DNA from: Pyrodictium delaneyi
Lineage (GTDB): Archaea > Thermoproteota > Thermoprotei_A > Sulfolobales > Pyrodictiaceae
Length of the DNA stretch: 32,000 nucleotides
Direction: 5' to 3'
Assembly: GCF_001412615.1 (NCBI RefSeq)
Contig: NZ_CP013011.1
Coordinates: 900,001-932,000, forward strand
In this document: piece after piece, positions 9,252-16,312 of the stretch
How positions within the stretch are numbered: position 1 is the first letter of the stretch
How the letters are laid out: every line of letters starts with the position of its first letter
Position numbers and translations under genes: made by a program
Notes under the pieces: generated by a model
The model's database searches: none
The model's input: the letters and a program-made list of their open reading frames with translations, nothing else
What the model was told of the DNA's origin: nothing

Positions 9252-10082
9252 TTGCCCTGGCGAGTGTGGGTCGCGACGCTCAATACAGTACACGGAGAAG
9301 ACGACATCAGCTACTGGTTGTCGAAAGACGCTAACAGGGGTGCCGCGGCTGTAGCTGACGGTGTATCAACAACTGGCGGGGGAGGCGCATCATATCTCGC
9401 AGCACACGGGTTTACCCTAGCATGCCGCATACTAGCCCGAGAAGCTAGCCTCAACACCTTAAGATCCTGCCTATCCTATGTATCTAAGTTGGCACGCGAA
9501 TCAAATATCTCAGACGCCGACACTATCGCTGAGGTAAAGAGGAGATACTACAAGGAGTGTAGCCAGGACGGGACACCGTGCGTCACACCGCTAGACTTCG
9601 ACACAATAACTCTAAAGCCTCTCAAAGCAGCCCAGCCACAACCACGAGAGCTAGGAGCCGAAATACCTGCCACAACGCTTCTAGGAGCGCTCTTTGCCGG
9701 AGACACTATTGCACTCACGTTAGCAGGCGATGGCATAGTAATAGGTGCAGGTACATCCAAGGAGGAGACATGGCTGCTGTGGGGCGCATTGCCCCAGTTC
9801 TTTGAGGGAAGTAGGCTAGCCCGCTTTGTAGAAATAGGTAGTGGACTCCACGGCCACCCCGTAGAGATGGTTCTCCGAAGCGAGCCTGGCCACGTCTACG
9901 TGCTGGCGACTGATGGTGTTGATCCCGCAGCATTGGCTGAAACACTAATGGATATCGTACTAAATTACCCATCACCAACTAGTGTGGGCAATCCCGCAGC
10001 ATACTTGCTTAGGAAGATTCTCGAAAAAACTGGCGGCTTTGATGACGATGCATCTCTAGTGTTCATATACCATACAAGCTAG
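9252..10082 (+). CDS. PP2C-family (SpoIIE-like) Ser/Thr phosphatase
   Basis: PP2C-type acidic motifs occur in the canonical order: HGEDD, AAVADGVSTTGGG, LAGDG, VLATDGV and FDDDASLVFIY. The ORF has a TTG start. It is the only plus-strand gene inside the island. Confidence 0.7.
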   Translation: MPWRVWVATLNTVHGEDDISYWLSKDANRGAAAVADGVSTTGGGGASYLAAHGFTLACRILAREASLNTLRSCLSYVSKLARESNISDADTIAEVKRRYYKECSQDGTPCVTPLDFDTITLKPLKAAQPQPRELGAEIPATTLLGALFAGDTIALTLAGDGIVIGAGTSKEETWLLWGALPQFFEGSRLARFVEIGSGLHGHPVEMVLRSEPGHVYVLATDGVDPAALAETLMDIVLNYPSPTSVGNPAAYLLRKILEKTGGFDDDASLVFIYHTS

Positions 10083-10711
10083 CTCTTCTTATCTATAGAG
10101 GATATATCGTAGATGGTGACTAACACATCACTACGGCCACGTAGACTCTCTATGACGTTCTTTACCTGTTCTGGGTTCAACGGCATTCCTAGCTGCGCAG
10201 CCGCTACCACCCGACCATTGTCGGCAGCTATAAAGTAGTCTGAGTTATCTACCGATATACGGAGAAGTACTAGTTTCTTCCGTGACAATGCTGCGACAAA
10301 ATCAGCCCCTGCGAGGGGACCACGGTAGAGTATGGGTGCACGGAGAACTGTCTCGATAACATAGGTTACGTTTGCAAGCTTCTCAGACATCTCCTTGCTC
10401 CACTTTTTCTCGTCAACTACAAGTTTGAACATTTTCTCTTCCGCTGCTTGTGGCCTAGCTGGAGCCTTCGCTTGTACAGTCTCTAGCTTCGCCGCTGCAC
10501 CAGCTACTATGGAGATACGTATCCTATAATCGTTGAGTCTTTTTATGCTATAGCCTCTCTTAGCTGCCCAACGTTCTACAACAGAGACTGCTTCTTTGTC
10601 GACATCGACTATAGCTTCGCCAGTTCTTCTAATGAGCTTCTCGATTAGGTTATAGGGTATAAATGGACCCATACCACGTAGCTCAAGACTGTTCTCGGTC
10701 AAACACGTCAC
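10079..10711 (-). CDS. Hypothetical two-domain protein with an A/P/Q-rich linker
   Basis: 210-aa ORF starting 24 nt downstream of the stop of 10736-12193, so probably co-transcribed with it. Linker is ETVQAKAPARPQAAEEK. I recognise no catalytic motifs. Confidence 0.6.
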   Translation of the reverse strand: MTCLTENSLELRGMGPFIPYNLIEKLIRRTGEAIVDVDKEAVSVVERWAAKRGYSIKRLNDYRIRISIVAGAAAKLETVQAKAPARPQAAEEKMFKLVVDEKKWSKEMSEKLANVTYVIETVLRAPILYRGPLAGADFVAALSRKKLVLLRISVDNSDYFIAADNGRVVAAAQLGMPLNPEQVKNVIESLRGRSDVLVTIYDISSIDKKS

Positions 10712-10735
10712 CCCATTTCCCTGATTATCCTACTT

Positions 10736-12193
10736 CTAGCTCTCTATGAATTCGAGTAGATCTGATAGAAGCTTCTTCACGCGCGCACGGCCAGCAAGCA
10801 TCGGGCCATGGTGTGGGGCCAGCACCTCTATGTCGAGACTGATTACGCGTTCAAGCCACTCACGGAGAGGCCTTGACTCCGCCGTGTAGCTGACATAGCT
10901 CTTTACCATGTCCAGGTAGGCGTCGAAGTCGTCGACGTATATGCTCCAGAGACCCGGTGGTGATACTGCTCCGAGCACGTTTCCTGTAAACAGAACTTTC
11001 GCTGTCGGGTCATAGATCGAGACTACTGGTGCACCCCGTGTCCTAGCTGGTATGATGAGGAGCTTTGTAGAACCTAGCTCTAGCTCGGTCTCCCTCGCCG
11101 GTAGTATTGTGAGCTTTCCGGCTACCTCTCGTGCCGCTGAAGCCAGGAGACCGGCCCAGTAGGACGTGGCTAGTATATTAGCTCTATTTACTTTGGATGC
11201 TACCGCCTTTAGGCCTTCTGCAACGTCGGCCTCGGCGTGCGTGAGTAGTATGTACCTTACATAATCCATGTCGCCTATGACGTTGCGTAGACCACGTAGT
11301 AGTCTCTCATCGCCGCTGGGATTAATTATAGCCGCCTCGTAGTTATCAACTATGATATACGTGTTAGGGGCTATGCCACCATATTCTAGCCGGGTCTTGC
11401 CACCGACCCAGTATACTCTGTGCCCAGTACTCTCGTAGACTGGTTCAGGTTCGTAGAGGAGTGCCTCACTACTACCCGTGAGGCTCCATGCCTTTATCCG
11501 TACACGGTGGCCTGGCGGCCTTTGAGCTATTGTTATAGCTTGTTCTCCCTTAGCCTTTTTGCCATTTATCTCGGCATAGACACCTGTTACCTTGTTACCG
11601 CGTAGCACGAAGCGTAGTAGATACCTAGATTTGTAGTCCTTAACTTCTGCAAGGTAGTCGTCGTAGCCCAGTACTGCTGTAAGCCTTAAAGCTGCTTCTG
11701 TCAAGACATTTGAGACTGGAGTGAAACTATCATAGTAGACGAGAGTTGTAACGGGTGGAAGTGGTTCTTCCAGCGCGGCGAGGTTGTTGTCGGCTGACAC
11801 TAGGTTTATCTTGGGCTGGGATGCCTCAATCCTCTTAGAGATGCCTTCTGCTATACTTTTCACAAATTCATTGACTAGCTTTGAGACTCTACCTCCGCCA
11901 CCTCCACTAACAAGTATGTGACTACCTTCACCCGTATCGAGTATATCTATAGCTATTACGAGTGAATCCATATCACCCTTCATGACTAGCAATATAGTTT
12001 CATCGGTCTCATAGACTTTTACGTCTAGCCTTATTCTCCTAGTACCAAATCCCAGGAGACGTGGCACCTTGACTACTATGTAGCTTTCGCCAACCTCGTC
12101 AACACTGGGAATACCCTTTAAGAGCTCAGTAACTCTGCCTAGGAGCTTCCTAACACTCTCGGAGTCCAGCGCGACTGTGAGCCGTATGCTCAT
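10736..12193 (-). CDS. SRPBCC-like module + beta-rich middle region + metallo-beta-lactamase-fold domain of flavodiiron type (degenerate metal site)
   Basis: The N-terminus is paralogous to 8390-9160. The C-terminal domain carries YWVGG..NTYIIVD..YILLTHAEADV (H319-x-E321-x-D323-V, nt 11222-11239) and LAPHHGP. This is the H-x-E-x-D-H type of flavodiiron/ODP-like MBL domains, not the hydrolase HxHxDH type. Several expected ligands appear to be replaced. Confidence 0.55.
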   Translation of the reverse strand: MSIRLTVALDSESVRKLLGRVTELLKGIPSVDEVGESYIVVKVPRLLGFGTRRIRLDVKVYETDETILLVMKGDMDSLVIAIDILDTGEGSHILVSGGGGGRVSKLVNEFVKSIAEGISKRIEASQPKINLVSADNNLAALEEPLPPVTTLVYYDSFTPVSNVLTEAALRLTAVLGYDDYLAEVKDYKSRYLLRFVLRGNKVTGVYAEINGKKAKGEQAITIAQRPPGHRVRIKAWSLTGSSEALLYEPEPVYESTGHRVYWVGGKTRLEYGGIAPNTYIIVDNYEAAIINPSGDERLLRGLRNVIGDMDYVRYILLTHAEADVAEGLKAVASKVNRANILATSYWAGLLASAAREVAGKLTILPARETELELGSTKLLIIPARTRGAPVVSIYDPTAKVLFTGNVLGAVSPPGLWSIYVDDFDAYLDMVKSYVSYTAESRPLREWLERVISLDIEVLAPHHGPMLAGRARVKKLLSDLLEFIES

Positions 12194-12355
12194 TCCTCCC
12201 TTCAGCCCCAGTTACCTTTTTTCCTAACCTAACTCTAGCATTTAGAGCCTTACCCGCTACAGAAGCTCGAACTCCGGCAAGCCCGGACGATAAAGCCGCT
12301 ACTAGGGGTAAAATACTCCAGGACACGCTGACCCTAGACTGGGTGTAAAGCTGGG

Positions 12356-12928
12356 ATGGCGTACAGCCTCAAAGACCTCGCCTGGCTTCTCGAAAAACTC
12401 CAGACAAAGGGCGTCAAAGGTGTAGTAGTGGGAAGCACCGTCATTGATCTCGAGCTCCGGAAGAAGCAGTTCGAAGACGATATAGACATATTCGTGATAG
12501 AGCCAAGTCCGCTCATCGAAGAAGACTTTTACCGCGGATTAGCTGAAGAAGAAGGATGGCAGATAAGCTATACTGCTCTCGGAACTCCAAAGCTCGTAGC
12601 AAAGCTCCCCAGCGGCGAGGAGGTAGTAGTAGAGCTCTACGAGAACATCCTCGACTACTATATACCTCCCGAGATACTCGAGAATGCACCAAAGAAGAGG
12701 ATCGGCAAGACAGAGGCCCGGTTTATCCGCCCAGAGGACTACATAGTTCTCAAGGCTAAGGCTGCTCGAGAAGCTGATATCGAGGACCTGAGGATAGTCC
12801 GAGAGTACATCGATGAGGGTAAGCTGCGGGTAGACGAGAGGATAATCAAGCGCGACGTAGAACTCCTACCCGAGGACGACCGGGGCTTCGTGGTAAACAA
12901 GCTCCGCGAGCTAGGCTTTAGGGTATAG
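12356..12928 (+). CDS. Nucleotidyltransferase-fold protein (minimal NTase / DUF6036-like)
   Basis: 190-aa ORF with a GS...DxD signature (VVVGSTVIDL....EDDIDIFVIE) followed by a helical C-terminal part. Confidence 0.6.
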   Translation: MAYSLKDLAWLLEKLQTKGVKGVVVGSTVIDLELRKKQFEDDIDIFVIEPSPLIEEDFYRGLAEEEGWQISYTALGTPKLVAKLPSGEEVVVELYENILDYYIPPEILENAPKKRIGKTEARFIRPEDYIVLKAKAAREADIEDLRIVREYIDEGKLRVDERIIKRDVELLPEDDRGFVVNKLRELGFRV

Positions 12929-12987
12929 GCGGTACAACAGTCATAGCGCTTTGACGACTTTTCTCCTGGTAGTCGGGAACCCGGGGG

Positions 12988-13260
12988 TTACTCTGGAAGC
13001 TCCACCTCGACTATCTTGGCGTCTACCGCCTCGCGCACCTCCGATTCACACCAGGCTTCACTCATCCTGACAACTTCTTCCTTCACTTTCTCAATTGCCT
13101 CTTCGAGGCTCTCTCCCTGAGCCTGAGCCCCGCTCATAGGCTCGACTGCCACGTACCAGGTTGTACCGTCTTCTTCAACCTCCTTGTACACTACTATCCC
13201 GACCTTTACACGGCGAGCCATACGCGCCACCCCATGGAGTAGCATCACCCGTAAACTCAT
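12988..13260 (-). CDS. HicB-like (UPF0150) antitoxin-fold protein
   Basis: The sequence VKVGIVVYKEVEEDGTTWYVAVEPMSGAQAQGESLEEAIEKVKEEV matches the HicB N-terminal domain pattern (..edggyva.vp.lpG..tqGeTleEA..n..eai). An AT-rich box directly abuts 13260, so the true start is probably the internal Met at 13221. Confidence 0.6.
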   Translation of the reverse strand: MSLRVMLLHGVARMARRVKVGIVVYKEVEEDGTTWYVAVEPMSGAQAQGESLEEAIEKVKEEVVRMSEAWCESEVREAVDAKIVEVELPE

Positions 13261-13438
13261 GTTAATAAACTATTTGGTTATGCTTCCTATAGCAAAATAT
13301 TTCTATGTAGAATTACTGACAAAAACAGCAAACCAACTAAGACGGGACTCTAAACAAGCCTATACGCGTTGCAGAAGAGGCATCCCCAAACCACAAGTGT
13401 AGGAACACTACCGCTAGAAGTGAGGGACGAAGAGGAAC

Positions 13439-13471
13439 GGAGCCCTTTGGGCCCCTCCCCTCTCCCCGGGG
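13439..13471 (+). repeat. C/T-rich ~33-nt element, copy 1 (GGAGCCC-N6-CCCCTCCCCTCTCCCCGGGG), 5 nt upstream of the ABC-ATPase start codon
   Basis: Its reverse complement matches 15239-15271. The match has a 16-nt perfect core (13455-13470 vs 15240-15255), 18/20 identities over the C/T tract, and 7/7 over GGAGCCC. A local hairpin GCCCC(13451-55)/GGGGC(13468-72) is possible. Confidence 0.75.
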
Positions 13472-13475
13472 CTTC

Positions 13476-15164
13476 ATGATGCTACCCTTCTTTGCCCCTG
13501 TCAGTTATCGTTGCCCCATGGTGGCTAAGCAAGTGGTTCATACCATATCTGATGTGCTCCGACGCATAGACGGCAGGGGCTACAAGGCTTATCGCGAACT
13601 CCTAGGCGTTTCCGAGACTATTCAGGGCCTCCGCATCAGAGTTACCCGCGTCCAGGGTGACCCCTTCGCCCCACCAAGCGTAGTACGGATTGACGTCAAG
13701 CCGAGGCTGCCGCAGTGGGCTATCCGCTATCCAGTAGCAACAGCCGACTATATCTACCGCCAGCTCTACCGTGCTCTTCGGAGGCTCTCGGCGAGGCTCG
13801 GCGAGGGCCACAGCGGGTTCCTCGGCGTCCCACGGCCCGGCCCTGTTATGCTGCAGCGCAGCGGCGTAGAGCTAGACAATAGCGGGCATCTCGTAGTCCG
13901 CGTCTGGGCTGGCCTCCCAAGCCGGCGGCGACGTGTCCTGGCAGATGCCGCCGAGGATCTCCTACTCCACCGTATACCCCGTGCAGTACAAGAAGCCATC
14001 CGCGTAGATGCTGAGGCCCTCAGGAGGCACGTCGACACTTGGCGCCTCCAGGAGGAGATACGCAGCAAGCTGCCGCGCCTCGGCCTCGTAGCATTTATTG
14101 GAGACGGCAGTATCCTCCCACGACGCTGTGGCAGCTGCGACGATCCGCTTCCTGGTGCTGTACCGTTCGAGTCGCCTCCGAGCCTCCGCGTAGAGGTGGA
14201 GACGAGCCTAGGTAGTGTCACCGGCATGGGTGTGCGCCGCGGTGTCACAGTCATAGCAGGTACAGCGTTCCACGGCAAGACAACACTGCTAGAAGCCATA
14301 CAGTACGGCGTGTACAACCACGTACCCGGCGATGGCAGAGAACGCGTCGTCACAATCCGTGAAGCCGTCAAGGTACGCGCTGAGGACGGTAGAAGCGTAG
14401 CGTGTGTCGATATCTCTACTTTTGTCCACAGTCTGCCGGGGGGCCGCAGTACTAGCTGCTTCACTACGAGCGATGCTAGCGGCGCTACAAGCATGGCCGC
14501 CGCTATACAGGAGGCAGTAGAGGCCGGTGCCAAACTCATACTCATCGACGAGGATACTTCGGCTACTAACCTACTCTTCTACGACGAGCGCGCTGCGCCG
14601 CTCATCCGCAGGAAGACGGTAACCACCATAGCCGAGCAGGCAGCCTCTATGGCATCAAAGGGCGTATCCCTCGTCATAGTTTCAAGCGGCTCGATGCCTC
14701 TCATAGCCGCTGCAGACACCGTCATAATCATGGAGGATTACAAGCCGAGAGACGTTACGCCCGAGGCCCACCAGCTCGCCAGGGATATCACAGCCTCCGA
14801 GGATTATCATGCCCCGCGTAGCCGCGTCCTCGTCAGAGCCCCGAGGCTTGTTAAGCCAAAGCTCCGGGGCCCCTGGCTTGTTGCTAAGAATCTCGATGAG
14901 CCGCTCACTCTTGAGTCGAACGAGCAGCTCGTCGAGGAGGGCCAGCTACGCCTCTTAGTGGCAATCGCAGCTAGACTAAACCATTTCGAGGGTCTATCCA
15001 TGCGCAGCATAGCCTATCGTATAGACCAAGACACGAGGGAGGGCTTCCAACAGCTCCTCCGTGGCGAACCTGGACCAGGCTACGCTGAGGTTCGAGGCAT
15101 TGATGTTATACACTTGATTAACAGGATACCGAGTGTTAAGGTTCAACAAGAGACCGGCAGCTGA
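13476..15164 (+). CDS. ABC-class ATPase of unknown function (Pfam ABC_ATPase/PF09818-like)
   Basis: 562-aa ORF. Walker A lies in GVTVIAGTAFHGKTTLLEAIQYGVYNHVPGDGRE, a block characteristic of the 'predicted ATPase of the ABC class' family. Walker B is KLILIDEDTSATN. Confidence 0.8.
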   Translation: MMLPFFAPVSYRCPMVAKQVVHTISDVLRRIDGRGYKAYRELLGVSETIQGLRIRVTRVQGDPFAPPSVVRIDVKPRLPQWAIRYPVATADYIYRQLYRALRRLSARLGEGHSGFLGVPRPGPVMLQRSGVELDNSGHLVVRVWAGLPSRRRRVLADAAEDLLLHRIPRAVQEAIRVDAEALRRHVDTWRLQEEIRSKLPRLGLVAFIGDGSILPRRCGSCDDPLPGAVPFESPPSLRVEVETSLGSVTGMGVRRGVTVIAGTAFHGKTTLLEAIQYGVYNHVPGDGRERVVTIREAVKVRAEDGRSVACVDISTFVHSLPGGRSTSCFTTSDASGATSMAAAIQEAVEAGAKLILIDEDTSATNLLFYDERAAPLIRRKTVTTIAEQAASMASKGVSLVIVSSGSMPLIAAADTVIIMEDYKPRDVTPEAHQLARDITASEDYHAPRSRVLVRAPRLVKPKLRGPWLVAKNLDEPLTLESNEQLVEEGQLRLLVAIAARLNHFEGLSMRSIAYRIDQDTREGFQQLLRGEPGPGYAEVRGIDVIHLINRIPSVKVQQETGS

Positions 15165-15238
15165 GAGTAACATTGAAATATCCGGTTACACTGGCGTGTG
15201 TAGGTAAAATGGGGTTGGCTGAGATACTGGGCCACCTA

Positions 15239-15271
15239 TCCCGGGGAGAGGGGAGAGGTTTCCCGGGCTCC
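15239..15271 (-). repeat. C/T-rich ~33-nt element, copy 2 (inverted relative to copy 1), 75 nt downstream of the ABC-ATPase stop
   Basis: The minus strand reads GGAGCCC-GGGAAA-CCTCTCCCCTCTCCCCGGGA. The local palindromic arms CCCGGG (15240-45) and CCCGGG (15262-67) can form a hairpin. Confidence 0.75.
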
Positions 15272-15427
15272 CACCCACTCCTCCCTTCTATGCATCTCCT
15301 ATCCTATATCCCTAGTGGCCTTGAAGTGGGAGCGTAACCCGTAAGTATAACCGCTCATGCATTATACTGGGCTATCTGTGCCGAGACCCTACTATTTATG
15401 AGCCCCTTAACGTAGTGTCTACTACCT

Positions 15428-16312
15428 GTGCTAGGTGTACTCGTAAACCTAGTCTCCTTTGATAAGACAGGAGCGATATTCCCGTATACGTGGGTTCCAT
15501 GTGTGGGGCGATTCGTGTTGGAGACAAGCCGCGGCGATATAGCTAAACAATATCTCGAGATCATACGGCGTGAGTCTGAGCGGCGACGGGAAACCGACTA
15601 TACTATGCCACTTTGGCTTCCATTTATCCCTGCTATTCTAAGCCTTGTGGCTGCGATCTTAGCTATCGCGGGCAACACGTTCGTGGTGGTAGAAACCAAC
15701 AAGTATACCATGTTTCTACAGGGCAGTGGAAACATCGTAGCCAGCAGTACTGGCAATGTACTAGTGTTTACAGTATTTATCATATTGCTGGCTGCCGCCG
15801 CCTTAAACATCTATGTAGTGTACAAGTGGATTGACCGGCGTAACACGCATTTTGAAAGGATTCTAAGGATGTTCGAAACCGTCGTATCCTACCTAGATGC
15901 CCGCGGCGTCAGCGACCCAGAGATGGGTACACTCCGAAGCCTCATCTACGAAATGAGGATGCAGGAAAAGAGCCGAAGTCCAGTTCTCTGGATAGTACTA
16001 TCACTTGTGTTTAACATCGTGTACATCTACGTGCTACACTTCCTCACAAAAGACTTCTACGAGCACGAACAGAGGGAAAGGAGTTTCCTAGAGACTCTTT
16101 CCCGCATCCTCCAGAAGCGTGGCATATACCTTGAGGAGCCGCGGAGTGTCATACCGTATAGGAATACTGTTGTATACGTTATACTCTCAGTGTTAACATT
16201 AGGAGTCTTTCTCCTTTACTGGATCTATGCCGTGACCAGGGATCCTAATGAGCATTTCGCGGAGCACGAACGGCTAGAGCCCATGCTCGTAGAGGCTCTA
16301 GCTAAGCTCTAG
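15428..16312 (+). CDS. Integral membrane protein (about 4 TM helices), hypothetical
   Basis: Hydrophobic segments are LWLPFIPAILSLVAAILAIAG, VLVFTVFIILLAAAALNIYVVY, VLWIVLSLVFNIVYIYVLHFL and VVYVILSVLTLGVFLLYWIYAV. The start is uncertain: GTG at 15428 or ATG at 15605. Confidence 0.6.
   Translation: MLGVLVNLVSFDKTGAIFPYTWVPCVGRFVLETSRGDIAKQYLEIIRRESERRRETDYTMPLWLPFIPAILSLVAAILAIAGNTFVVVETNKYTMFLQGSGNIVASSTGNVLVFTVFIILLAAAALNIYVVYKWIDRRNTHFERILRMFETVVSYLDARGVSDPEMGTLRSLIYEMRMQEKSRSPVLWIVLSLVFNIVYIYVLHFLTKDFYEHEQRERSFLETLSRILQKRGIYLEEPRSVIPYRNTVVYVILSVLTLGVFLLYWIYAVTRDPNEHFAEHERLEPMLVEALAKL

Noticed and set aside
13184-13402. 72-aa plus-strand ORF as the missing HicA partner of the HicB-like gene.
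   Set aside because: It overlaps the HicB-like gene antisense, lies largely in AT-rich promoter-like DNA, and has no HicA-like pattern.
13766-14545. 259-aa ORF antisense to the ABC-ATPase gene. Similar long shadow ORFs occur at 21411-21929, 4675-5235, 2293-2730, 23537-23878 and 24582-24902.
   Set aside because: All lie fully inside better-supported genes on the other strand or in another frame. All are Arg/Pro/Ser/Ala-rich, as expected for out-of-frame reads of GC-rich coding DNA, and none shows a motif.
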